Positions 51,533 to 60,725 of a stretch of 64,000 bases of DNA are shown piece by piece. Source of the stretch: Alphaproteobacteria bacterium (GTDB lineage Bacteria; Pseudomonadota; Alphaproteobacteria; CACIAM-22H2). The first letter of the stretch is position 1; the number at the start of each line of letters is the position of its first letter. The DNA is taken from the NCBI GenBank assembly GCA_041690495.1, contig JAWLHE010000001.1:11369-75368 (forward strand), in the 5' to 3' direction. The notes beneath the pieces were generated by a model, which did not search any database, had not been told where the DNA came from, and saw nothing but the letters and a program-made list of their open reading frames with translations. The translations under genes and the position numbers were made by a program.

Positions 51533-52191
51533 TGTGTCGCGCGCGGCGCCATCATGCCCGGATCGGTGAAGCGGAAAAGCGCCGGGTCGAGCGGTATGCC
51601 TGCATGCGGATCGATCAGCGCCACGCGCGTGGTATTGCCTTGCGCGTCGACAACCTGCCAGTTGCTCAGCGCAAATGGCCGCTCGCTGAACACCAGGGTG
51701 ATGCGCCCGGCCTGCGGATCTTCAGTCTGCACCAGGGTAACCCGCAGGCTTCCAGGCCCGCGCTCGACCCTGGTTGCCGTGACATCGCCGGAGAGCCGGA
51801 TGCGGTCGCGCACGAGCAGACCGGCGGGAGTCGAGTTGATCGGCAGATGCGTGACCGCCTTCAGCTCCTTGTCGTAATGGATCAGGAATCGGCCATTGGC
51901 GACCATCAGGATCGGCACAGGCGGATCGTATTCGAGCCGCAACTTGCCCGGCCGAAGCAGATAGAGAGTCCCTTCCGCGGCTGCGCCGTTGTCGGCGATC
52001 TGCAGGAAGCGCGCCCGCAGCGTGCGGATCCCGTTGAGATACTCCTCCACCCGCGCGATGTCCGCGTGATCCTCGGGCGACAGTTCCGGGCGCTGCGTGT
52101 TCGGCCACGCCGCGCCGGGCAGGGCGACGCTGAGCGTTGCGGCCGCGCCAAGTGCAAGGAGACGACGGCGGGTCAGGATGGCATGGCGCAT
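51529..52191 (-). CDS. LolA-like outer-membrane lipoprotein carrier family protein
   Basis: ATG at 52189-52191 (MRHAILTRRRLLALGAAATL signal); LolA-like beta-barrel length; 4-bp overlap with the downstream gene. Confidence 0.6.
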   Translation of the reverse strand: MRHAILTRRRLLALGAAATLSVALPGAAWPNTQRPELSPEDHADIARVEEYLNGIRTLRARFLQIADNGAAAEGTLYLLRPGKLRLEYDPPVPILMVANGRFLIHYDKELKAVTHLPINSTPAGLLVRDRIRLSGDVTATRVERGPGSLRVTLVQTEDPQAGRITLVFSERPFALSNWQVVDAQGNTTRVALIDPHAGIPLDPALFRFTDPGMMAPRATQ

Positions 52192-52413
52192 GACGCGAGA
52201 TATAGGCGGTCGGCTCGAACGCGGCAAGAAAAGGCCCGGCCTCGCGCCGGACGGCTCAAGGGGATCTGCTCCACGCGACCGTGGCCGTCCTCGTCCCTTG
52301 AGCGCGACTGCAAGACCGCGTGTCCGATCCCGGAACGGGTCGTCCAGAGTATCGGACAACAGGTCAAAACTGCTGCCGAAATTACAGTATCGAGGCGATA
52401 CAAGTAACTTCTA

Positions 52414-53034
52414 ATGTATAGCATTGCCAAGGCGATTTGGAGAAAGTACGTTCATCAGATGTCTGATTCTGTCGGCCGGGTCGGCGATTTGCTCGAGCGT
52501 ATCGGACGGCTCCTGCGCGGGATTCGGCATCGCAACGAACGGCTCAATCCGGCCCAGTGGGAAGCGTTGCGCTACCTCGGTCGCGCAAATCGCTATTCGC
52601 GCAATCCGACCGCGCTGACCCGCTATCTTGGAGCGACCAAGGGCACCGTGTCGCAGACCCTGATCGCGCTCGAGCGCAAGGGGCTGGTGCGCCGGGCCGC
52701 CGATCCGCGGGACCGTCGCGGCGTGCGGCTTGGTCTCACCTCGCGCGGCCGCAGCCATCTGCATCACGACCCGATGGCGGCTCTCATTGCCGGGATCGAT
52801 CCGGCGCTGATCGCCCGCCTCGATGCGGATCTAGGCGAGCTTCTGGTCCAGCTTCAGAGACGCAACGGCCAGCGCCCGTTCGGCCAATGCGGCACGTGCC
52901 GCTTCTTCCGTGTCGCCGATGCACTCGGCGAACCCGGCGGACCGAACCGCTGCGGCCTGACCCTCGAGCCGCTCTCGCATCAGGAACGCGAACAGATCTG
53001 TGCCGAGCACGAGCTACCCGCCGCCAGGCCCTGA
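52414..53034 (+). CDS. MarR-family transcriptional regulator with C-terminal Cys-rich extension
   Basis: Winged HTH (…TALTRYLGATKGTVSQTLIALERKGLV…DRR…); C-terminal CGTC…C…C cluster; start may be at 52462 (MSDSVGRV). Confidence 0.75.
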   Translation: MYSIAKAIWRKYVHQMSDSVGRVGDLLERIGRLLRGIRHRNERLNPAQWEALRYLGRANRYSRNPTALTRYLGATKGTVSQTLIALERKGLVRRAADPRDRRGVRLGLTSRGRSHLHHDPMAALIAGIDPALIARLDADLGELLVQLQRRNGQRPFGQCGTCRFFRVADALGEPGGPNRCGLTLEPLSHQEREQICAEHELPAARP

Positions 53035-53430
53035 TCGATGCGCGGGCGGCTGCCGCCGGATGTGCTCGCGGATGATTGCGACATTGCGCAGATTGGCCTT
53101 GTACCAGACGTCGAACAGGTCGCCGGCGACCGGCACGGCGCCCAGCACCGTGTCCGCCAGCACGTTGCCGGTCATGCGCGCCAGCACGGCGCCCGGCAGG
53201 CCGACCCTCCAGCCCGCGTAAATGATGTAGCCCGCCAGCGCGGCACCCACGACGTCACCGCCGCCCGGAAAAAGCCCAATGATCGAATCCGCGCCGAAGC
53301 GGAAGCGGGTGCCGGGAATGACGATCGCGGCATCGAGGAACTTGGCAAGCCGCTCGATCTTGCGTAGGAGCGCCTCGGGTTCCTGCTTGGCGTTCAGCCG
53401 GCGTCCCCGGCGGCGTCGTACGACAAGCAC
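53014..53430 (-). CDS. DUF4112 domain membrane protein
   Basis: 138 aa with the DUF4112 pattern (…LDAAIVIPGT.FRFG.DSIIGL.PG.GD…GNVL.D…GAVPV.GDLFDV.YKAN…). Confidence 0.7.
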   Translation of the reverse strand: MLVVRRRRGRRLNAKQEPEALLRKIERLAKFLDAAIVIPGTRFRFGADSIIGLFPGGGDVVGAALAGYIIYAGWRVGLPGAVLARMTGNVLADTVLGAVPVAGDLFDVWYKANLRNVAIIREHIRRQPPAHRSGPGGG

Positions 53431-53449
53431 CGCTGGCGGGAGAATCCGC

Positions 53450-53956
53450 TCAGCGGGCGTGCTCGAAATTCAGCTTCTCGTTCTGCTCGAGGTTCGGAGT
53501 CTCGTCGGTGACGACCTTGACGAGGGATTGCTCGGCGACCATCGCGGCGCTCGGACGGTCCCAGTACTCCGCTTGCCGCACGCTGACCCTGAGCAGCGCC
53601 AGCTCGGGGTCGTCGAGCCCTCGCGGAAACCATGTGCGCAGCTCTTCGGTCCACAGATCTTGTGCCTTGGCGCGGTTGCGCACCACCGCTGCGATGCCGG
53701 AAATCGAGACGTAGTTCTGGTTCTTCTTGTCCGCAAAGGAGAGATTAACAGCGTTCTCGCTTTCGACCTCCGACGTCTTGTGCGAGGACGCATAGGTGAA
53801 GAACCACAACGTGCCGTCGCGCTCGGTCTGAATCAGCTCCATCGGCCGGCTGCGCAGGACGTCGCCGTCGCGCGTCGTCAGCATCGCAATCTTTATGCCG
53901 TCAATGAGTTCCCACAGTTTGGCCGTCTGCTCGCTCTTGCCTTGCTCGGATGTCAT
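53450..53956 (-). CDS. pyridoxamine 5'-phosphate oxidase family protein (general stress protein 26-like)
   Basis: 168 aa split-barrel FMN-binding fold (…IAMLTT.DGD…RPM…WFFT…). Confidence 0.8.
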   Translation of the reverse strand: MTSEQGKSEQTAKLWELIDGIKIAMLTTRDGDVLRSRPMELIQTERDGTLWFFTYASSHKTSEVESENAVNLSFADKKNQNYVSISGIAAVVRNRAKAQDLWTEELRTWFPRGLDDPELALLRVSVRQAEYWDRPSAAMVAEQSLVKVVTDETPNLEQNEKLNFEHAR

Positions 53957-54063
53957 GACGACCCCTCCTGTGCTCTTGTTCGCGATCTCGACTTACTCAG
54001 AACCGATCGCGCCGCGGACAGGTTCCCGTCCGCGGCAACGCCTGGCCGGGCAAGGCTGAATGT

Positions 54064-54216
54064 CTACTTGTTGTCGTCGGCTTTCTCCTGGATCCATTCG
54101 CCGGACCGCTCAATGTCGCGGCCTACGCCTTCGGTTGTGTTGCAGGCAGCAAGGGCAAGCGGTGCCGCGATCATGGCGGCCAGAACGAGCATTTTGACGG
54201 GACTTGTGCGTTGCAT
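54064..54216 (-). CDS. entericidin EcnA/B family lipoprotein
   Basis: 50-aa lipoprotein with lipobox LALAAC and NTTEGVGRDIERSGEWIQ entericidin core. Confidence 0.8.
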   Translation of the reverse strand: MQRTSPVKMLVLAAMIAAPLALAACNTTEGVGRDIERSGEWIQEKADDNK

Positions 54217-54467
54217 GTATGGCGACTCCTGGGTTCGCGCGGCACCGTGCTCCAAGGACGCGTCGCCGCGCAGGCTTGACCGGCCGATAACGCGGCTCAG
54301 CTGACAACGGTTCCGCTTGCCGGTGGGCCGAAGCTTGGCCGTTTGCCAGCAGTTTGCGGTTGTGCCACGTCAACACCGGCGTGCCGGGCCTGTCCTTCCC
54401 TGACAGCACCGGCGGATGGCGCGGCCTCTCTTATCGCTGCAGATGGCGGTCGCCACCGGCGCCCGGG

Positions 54468-55382
54468 TCAACGAGCGCTTTTTCCCTGAATGGCGGCCGC
54501 AGCGGGCTCGCGGCTCTGCCAGTGCGCAACCCACAGGCCAAGAACGACGAGCCCGAGCCCTGCCAGTGCGGTCGCCGACATCGGCTCGCCCAGTACCGCG
54601 GCGCCCAGCACGGCGGCGGTTACCGGGCTTAATGCCAGGAAAACCGTGACCCGCGTGGGCGAGGCATGATTGAGCGCCCACAGCCACAGAAAATAGCCGA
54701 TCCCGCTGCTCACGCCGATGAACACCACGGCGATCCAGCCGGTCGCGGTGAAGCGCGGCAGGCTCGCGAAGAATCCCTCGCCGGCCGCGAGCAGGGCAAG
54801 GAAGGCGACCGAGGCGAGCATCGCGAAGGCGCTGACGGGCAGGGTCGGATAGCGGCGCAGATAGGGGTGGTAGAGGACGCTGCACAGGGCGCCGCTGAGG
54901 GCGCTGGCAAACACTGCCAGCTCGCCGATCCATTGCATCGGCGCATCGCCCGTCGCCGCAGCCTTCTCGCCGAGCGCGAGGGCGACGCCGGCGATGGTCA
55001 GGGCGACACCCGCGGTCTTGGCGGCGCCCAGCCGCTCGCGGCCGAGCGCCGCGGCGATCAGCATCGTCAGCAGCGGGAACAACGCGAAGATCAGGGCGGC
55101 GCGCGCCGACGGGATGAATTGCAGGCCGTAATTCAGGAGCGCGATCAGGATTCCGAACTGGGTGATGCCGAGCAGCGCGATCGGCACCACGTCGCAGGCG
55201 GCGAAGCGCATGCGCTGGCCCGACAGGATCACGAACGGCAGCAGGCAGAAGAAACCGATGGCATAGCGCAGCAGCGCGAGCGACGCAGGATCGGTCTGGT
55301 CGACGACGAAACGCGTCGCGACGATCGCGGCGCCGACCTGGATGCCGGTCGCGGCGGCCGCCGCTATCGGCAGCGCACGCAC
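54468..55382 (-). CDS. DMT-family transporter (EamA-like, 10 TM)
   Basis: 304 aa; two EamA repeats; highly hydrophobic. Confidence 0.85.
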   Translation of the reverse strand: MRALPIAAAAATGIQVGAAIVATRFVVDQTDPASLALLRYAIGFFCLLPFVILSGQRMRFAACDVVPIALLGITQFGILIALLNYGLQFIPSARAALIFALFPLLTMLIAAALGRERLGAAKTAGVALTIAGVALALGEKAAATGDAPMQWIGELAVFASALSGALCSVLYHPYLRRYPTLPVSAFAMLASVAFLALLAAGEGFFASLPRFTATGWIAVVFIGVSSGIGYFLWLWALNHASPTRVTVFLALSPVTAAVLGAAVLGEPMSATALAGLGLVVLGLWVAHWQSREPAAAAIQGKSAR

Positions 55383-55392
55383 GCGGCGACCT

Positions 55393-56322
55393 TCACAGAT
55401 TCTTCTCCCATGTTTCGCCGATCAGGTCGTGACCGAAGCTGTGGTGCGGCTCCGACGCGACCAGGCGATAGCCGGCTTTCTCATAGATATGCCGCGCCGC
55501 GTGCAGGATGCTGTTGGTCCACAGGGTGATTTTCCTGTAGCCGGCCTGTCGCGCGAAGCGCTCGCACTCTGCCGCCAGCCGCGCGCCGATGCCGAGCCCG
55601 CGCGCCTTCGGCTCGACATAGAGCAGGCGAAGCTTGGCCACGGTCTTCGACTTCTTCACCAGGAACACCGAGCCGACGATCTCCCCGTCCTTCTCGGCGA
55701 TCCAGCAGCGCTCATGCCTGGGATCGAAGTTCCTGATGAACGCCGCGGCAACCTCCGCGACCAGCGCCTCGAAGGTCTGGTCCCAGGCGTATTCCTGGGC
55801 ATAAAGCGCGCCGTGGCGGTGAATGACCCAGCCCATGTCTCCGGGCTGGTGCGGTCGCAGGAGGTAGGGCGCCTTCGCCTCCGGCCGCGCGCCAAGCAGG
55901 CTTTCGATCGTATGCATCGCCTCGACCAGCCGGACCTGTTCGGCCTCGGCGAGCGGTCCGAGCAGTGCGCCGATCTCGGCGCGCGAGCGTACGTTGAGAG
56001 GTGCGAACGCCTCCTCGCCCCTGCGCGTCAAGGTGAGCAGATTGCGCCTGCCGTCGGCCTTGGATGGTGTCTTCCGCACCAGTCCGCGCTTCTCGAAGCT
56101 GCGCAGGATGCGGCTGAGATAACCGGAGTCGAGCCCGAGGTCCTTGCCGAGCTCGCTCGCCGTCGGCTGCTCGCGATGGGCGAGCTCGTAGAGGACCCGC
56201 GCTTCCGAAAGCGAGAACGGGCTGTCGTGCAGCCCCTCGCGCAGCACGCCGATCTTCTGGGTGTAGAAACGATTGAAGCGCCGCACCGCCGCGACGCGCT
56301 GGTCGAAACTCGCCTCGGTCAT
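55393..56322 (-). CDS. fused MarR-family HTH / GNAT N-acetyltransferase
   Basis: N-terminal MarR wHTH (…SEARVLYELAH…TASELG…) and C-terminal GNAT motifs (…RGLGIGARL…); 309 aa. Confidence 0.85.
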   Translation of the reverse strand: MTEASFDQRVAAVRRFNRFYTQKIGVLREGLHDSPFSLSEARVLYELAHREQPTASELGKDLGLDSGYLSRILRSFEKRGLVRKTPSKADGRRNLLTLTRRGEEAFAPLNVRSRAEIGALLGPLAEAEQVRLVEAMHTIESLLGARPEAKAPYLLRPHQPGDMGWVIHRHGALYAQEYAWDQTFEALVAEVAAAFIRNFDPRHERCWIAEKDGEIVGSVFLVKKSKTVAKLRLLYVEPKARGLGIGARLAAECERFARQAGYRKITLWTNSILHAARHIYEKAGYRLVASEPHHSFGHDLIGETWEKNL

Positions 56323-56447
56323 CCCGCCGCTCCGCGTCCTGGATCCATGCCAGTGTCAGGCGATCGTATGACAAAGTCAACTATCGGCGGCGCGAAGAGA
56401 CGGGTCGCCTGCCGGTCCGCGGGCGCCCCTCGACGGCGATGCTGCGG

Positions 56448-57080
56448 TCAGGCACTCTTGGCGTCCTTCACGAGTCCTTCGGCGTTGAGCGCCGCCTGCA
56501 CGTGCGGCCGCCCCGCGACGCGGGCGAGACAGGCGCGCAGGTTCCGGTACGACGCCAGGTCGACCTTCAGGAAACTGGCCCGCTCATGACCGTGAAGGCA
56601 TAGGCATCGGCGATGGTGAAGCGCTCGCCGCCCGGATACATGTGCCCGGCCAGAGCCGTGTCCGAATGTGCGAAGTGCTTTCCAAGAGTCTCGCGCACGA
56701 TCGTCTTGCAGGCATCGGCTGTTGCCGGATTCCACAGCGGGCCGAAGCCTTTGTGCAGCTCGGTCGACACGAAGCCCAGCCATTCCGGCGTGCGGTGGCG
56801 CTCGTCCGTGTCCGCGGCCGGCATCAGGCCGGCGCCAGGACTGCGGCCTGCGATGTACTGCAGGATGGCGGACGCCTCCGTCAGGACCTGGCCGTCATCG
56901 AGCGTGATCGCCGGCACGCAGCCTTTGGGATTGATCCTCGTAAAATCCGCGCCGCTCTCCGTCTTCTTGCCGCCGAGATCGACCTTCTCGAACGTGAAGG
57001 CAAGCCCGGCCCCGCGCAGGGCGATGTGCGGGGGCGGGCGAGCATGCGCCGGGGGCGTAGTAGAGCTCCTTGAGACGCCC
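56448..57080 (-). pseudogene. glutathione S-transferase gene interrupted by two frameshifts
   Basis: GST N-terminus KELYYAPGACS (one frame, about 57040-57075), middle PHIALRGAGLAFTFEKVDL… (ORF 56567..57427 frame) and C-terminus …FLKVDLASYRNLRACLARV… (ORF 56448..56783 frame); shifts coincide with C/G homopolymer runs. Confidence 0.55.
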
Positions 57081-57101
57081 CCTTGCTCGAGTTGAAATCG
57101 G

Positions 57102-57542
57102 TCAGCGCGCATACGCGCCGGCCGGAGCGAACAGATTGCGAAACGGACGCGACGGGCTGAGCGCGTATGCGCCATCCCCGAGCAGCGCTTGCACGAGCGA
57201 CAGCACGACGAGATATGCTGGGTATTCCCAGCCGCCGTTGGGATAGCCGAACATCCAGCCATTCGGTGCGTGTACCCAAACGGCGCCGAGCAGAATCGGC
57301 AGCAGCACCAGCGCCACCCACCGGCTCTGGATGCCGAGAATGAGCATGACGCCGCCGGCCAGCTCGGCGGCGAAGACCAGGTGGCCGAGCGCCGCGGGCA
57401 GGCCGATGGAAGCGAAGAACTGCGCATTCCCCGCCAGCGTGAAGACGAACAGCTTCAGGACGATGCTGTGGGACAGATACATGGTGCCGAGCGCCGTGCG
57501 CAGCAGCAGGGCGGCATAGGCGGCATTGCGGGATTCGATCAT
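57102..57542 (-). CDS. DoxX family membrane protein
   Basis: Start MIESRNAAY…; about 146 aa, 4 TM, DoxX pattern (…LRTALGTMYLSHSI.K……LAGG.MLILG…). Confidence 0.8.
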   Translation of the reverse strand: MIESRNAAYAALLLRTALGTMYLSHSIVLKLFVFTLAGNAQFFASIGLPAALGHLVFAAELAGGVMLILGIQSRWVALVLLPILLGAVWVHAPNGWMFGYPNGGWEYPAYLVVLSLVQALLGDGAYALSPSRPFRNLFAPAGAYAR

Positions 57543-57628
57543 CGCGGGACCTCGCATGGGTTTGTCGCGGTGATATGGCGCTGTTATCCTGTGCAAGGCC
57601 ATATGGCAGAAACGAAAGATAAGTTTGC

Positions 57629-58531
57629 ATGAATGCAAATGCGCTTCCGTGGGATGACCTGCATCTGGTGCTGACGATCGGACGGGCCGGCACGCTCGCC
57701 GGCGCTGCCCGCGCGCTCGCGCTGAATCACTCGACCGTGTTTCGCCGGCTGGGCGCTCTGGAGGCGCGAATCGGCGTGCGGCTGTTCGAGCGCTTCCGCG
57801 ACGGCTATTCTCCAACCGCTGCCGGCGAGGAGATGATCGCTGTCGCGGCGCGCGTCGACGCGGACGTGGCGGCGATGGAGCGCCGCCTCGTCGGCCGGGA
57901 TCTGCGGCCGAGCGGCCTCATCCGAGCAACGACGACCGATACGCTGGTCGAAATGGTAATGCCGATGCTGGCTGCGTTCCGCGCGAGACACCCCGAGATC
58001 ACGCTCGAGCTCGCGGCGTCCAACGTCCTGTTCAACCTGTCGCGACGCGACGCCGACGTCGCGATTCGGCCGTCGCAGGATCCGCCCGACATGCTGGTCG
58101 GGCGCCGTGTTGCGACGGTGGCGTTCGCGATCTATGGCGCACCTGCCTATCTGAAGCGGAAACCGGCGCGGCTCCCCCTGGAGCAGCACGACTGGATCGC
58201 GCCGGACGACAGCCTCGCGCACATCGCGCCCGCGCGCTGGCTCGACGCGGCCTTGCCCGCAGCGCACGTCGTCGTTCGCGCCAACAGTCTCGTCACCCTG
58301 CTCCGTGCTGCGTGCGCCGGACTGGGGCTCGCGCTCCTGCCCTGCTACATGGGCGACGGCGAGCGGCAGCTGCGTCGGCTCGGCGGGCCGGTTCAGACGC
58401 TCGATTCCGGGCTGTGGCTGCTCACCCATCCCGATCTGCGCCGCGTCGCACGCATCCGCGCGTTCCTCGACTTCATGGCGCCGGCGCTGGCCAGGCAGGT
58501 GCCGCTGCTGGCCGGAATGAAAGGCAAATGA
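57629..58531 (+). CDS. LysR-family transcriptional regulator
   Basis: N-terminal HTH (LHLVLTIGRAGTLAGAARALALNHSTVFRRLGALEARIGVRLFER) and LysR substrate-binding domain; divergent from doxX. Confidence 0.9.
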   Translation: MNANALPWDDLHLVLTIGRAGTLAGAARALALNHSTVFRRLGALEARIGVRLFERFRDGYSPTAAGEEMIAVAARVDADVAAMERRLVGRDLRPSGLIRATTTDTLVEMVMPMLAAFRARHPEITLELAASNVLFNLSRRDADVAIRPSQDPPDMLVGRRVATVAFAIYGAPAYLKRKPARLPLEQHDWIAPDDSLAHIAPARWLDAALPAAHVVVRANSLVTLLRAACAGLGLALLPCYMGDGERQLRRLGGPVQTLDSGLWLLTHPDLRRVARIRAFLDFMAPALARQVPLLAGMKGK

Positions 58532-58559
58532 TCGCGGGCCGGCGCGGACGCGTCGCGCG

Positions 58560-60395
58560 TCAGGAGTGGGCCGTCTCCTCCGGCGCACGGGCCTTGACCG
58601 GACTGTCGCCGGTGTGGAGCGACCGAGGAGCGAACCCGGCGCTCCGGATCTCTTGCTCGGCATTTGCCCCAGGGCTCTCCGCCTTGGGCCGCTCCGCCGG
58701 CATGGAATTGTCCGCGCGCGGAAACAGGAGGCGCACCGTGGTGCCCTTGCCGGCCGCGCTCTCGATTCTGAGATCGCCGCCCACCTGGCGGACGAATCCG
58801 TAGACCTGGCTCAGCCCCAGCCCGGTTCCCGCACTGCCCTTGGTCGAGAAGAACGGCTCGATCGCCCTGCGAACCACGTCCGGACTCATTCCGGTCCCGG
58901 TGTCGGCGACGCAGATTTCGACATATTCGCCGACCGGAACGTGGAAGCCGCGGCAATCGGCGCGGAGATCGAGATTGCGCGCCGCGACGGTCAGCCGCCC
59001 GCCTTCGGGCATCGCGTCGCGTGCATTGACGGCCAGGTTGAGCAGCGCGGCGTCGAACTGCACGGGATCGGCCTGGCATGCCCAAATGTCGGGCGCGACC
59101 TCGAAGTTCACCACAACCTTGGCGCCGGCAGCCTGGCGCAGGAGCGCCCGCAGGTCGTCCATCTTGCGGCCGATGTGAACCGGCCGGATATTGAGCGCAT
59201 GGCTCTTGGCGAAAGACAGGAGCTGGGCCATCAGCCCGCGCCCCCGCGCCACCGCATCGGCGAGCTCGGCGGCCACCATCCGGGAGCTCTCCGCGCCCGC
59301 GCCCTCGGGGCGGGACAGGATCCGCGTGCCGCTTGCGATGATCGCGAGCAGGTTGTTGATGTCATGTGCGATCCCGCCCGTCATGCGGCCGAGTGTTTCG
59401 AGGTGCTGCGTCTGCAGCCGGCGTTCGCGCGCCAGTTCGTAATGCCGGCGATAGCGGACGGCTGCAATGCCGGCGGCGGCCAGCAGGACGGCGAGCGCCA
59501 GCCCGCCGGCGGCCACGCTGGTCAGATTGCGCCGCCACGGCGCCAGCACCGCCTCCTCGGCGAGGGCAATCGTCACGATCAGCGGATAGTTGGCGAGGGC
59601 GCGGTAGCTGATCACCCGCGGCGTGCCATCGAACGCCGTTTCCGAACGGTACGAGCCGGTCTCGCTCAGCAGCAGGTGGCTCCGAAACAGCGGTATGTCG
59701 GTTCTTCGCTGTCCCATCAGCGATTCGATGTGCGGCACGCGGAGCAGCAGCGTGCCGTCACGCCGGAACAGGGCGATGCTCGCGCTCGGACCGAGTTCGA
59801 GGCTGCGATAAAAGCTCGCGAAGCGCTGCGCCTCGACGGCCGCGACTACGACCCCGCCAAAACCGCCGCTAGGCCGGCTGATGCGCCGGCTGATGCTCAC
59901 GAACCACGTATTCGTCGAGCGGCTGAGAAGGGGCGGGCCGATATGGACCCCGAGCGACGGGTGCTCGACATGCGCCTTGAAATACTCGCGGTCTGCGAGA
60001 TTGGTCCGCGGCGTAAAGGGATGGTCCGTGTCCTGGGCGATGAAGCCGTCGGGGCCGATGATGAACAGCGCACGCACATAGGGCAGGCGCGGCAGTTTCT
60101 GCCGTAGCGCTTCCTCGAAGTCGGGATCGTGGTCCGACAATTCGGGCAGCAATTGTATCGCATCGAGCGTGTGCAGCAGGGTCAGGTCGACAGCCTGCAC
60201 CGCGGCCGTTACCTGTTCCTCGAGCACCCGAGCCAGATTGGCGCCGACGTGGTAGCCCCGATCCTGGATGGTCTGTTCGCGTTCATGCACCGCCCAGATG
60301 GCGATGCCGCCACACGCCCCGAGCGCAATCGTGATTGCCAGGGCTACGGCGGCGTAGTCGATCCGCAAGGCAGAAAGCTTTGCAGGGATACGCAT
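58560..60395 (-). CDS. sensor histidine kinase with periplasmic Cache-like domain (orphan)
   Basis: Start MRIPAKLS…; TM – periplasmic domain – TM – DHp H-box (GGIAHDINNLLAII) – HATPase_c (N, G1 DTGTGM, G2 GLGLS). Confidence 0.88.
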   Translation of the reverse strand: MRIPAKLSALRIDYAAVALAITIALGACGGIAIWAVHEREQTIQDRGYHVGANLARVLEEQVTAAVQAVDLTLLHTLDAIQLLPELSDHDPDFEEALRQKLPRLPYVRALFIIGPDGFIAQDTDHPFTPRTNLADREYFKAHVEHPSLGVHIGPPLLSRSTNTWFVSISRRISRPSGGFGGVVVAAVEAQRFASFYRSLELGPSASIALFRRDGTLLLRVPHIESLMGQRRTDIPLFRSHLLLSETGSYRSETAFDGTPRVISYRALANYPLIVTIALAEEAVLAPWRRNLTSVAAGGLALAVLLAAAGIAAVRYRRHYELARERRLQTQHLETLGRMTGGIAHDINNLLAIIASGTRILSRPEGAGAESSRMVAAELADAVARGRGLMAQLLSFAKSHALNIRPVHIGRKMDDLRALLRQAAGAKVVVNFEVAPDIWACQADPVQFDAALLNLAVNARDAMPEGGRLTVAARNLDLRADCRGFHVPVGEYVEICVADTGTGMSPDVVRRAIEPFFSTKGSAGTGLGLSQVYGFVRQVGGDLRIESAAGKGTTVRLLFPRADNSMPAERPKAESPGANAEQEIRSAGFAPRSLHTGDSPVKARAPEETAHS

Positions 60396-60543
60396 CGGGT
60401 TGCTCCTCGGGGAACCCCGGAGCGGTGCATCAGACCTTTTTAGTATTTCGATCCGCCGCCTCGTTTGCAAGGCTGTGTGGAATCCGGCCTATACGGCCAA
60501 GCTTGTATCGTGCTCGGAGCAGAACAGGCCGCCCGTGTCTGCG

Positions 60544-60696
60544 TTACTTCTTGTCGCCGGCCTTCTTTTCGATCCAGGCGCCTGCATTCCTGATGTCCTG
60601 TCCGGCGCCCTCGATGGTGTTGCAGGCCGACAGCATCAGGACCGGCAGGACGAGCAGTATGCCGGCAACCATGGCGCGCACGCGGTTCGAAGTCAT
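60544..60696 (-). CDS. entericidin EcnA/B family lipoprotein (second paralog)
   Basis: ATG at 60694-60696; lipobox LMLSAC and NTIEGAGQDIRNAGAWIEKK core. Confidence 0.8.
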   Translation of the reverse strand: MTSNRVRAMVAGILLVLPVLMLSACNTIEGAGQDIRNAGAWIEKKAGDKK

Positions 60697-60725
60697 TTGC
60701 TCCCTCCCGTCAGAATCCGGACGCT

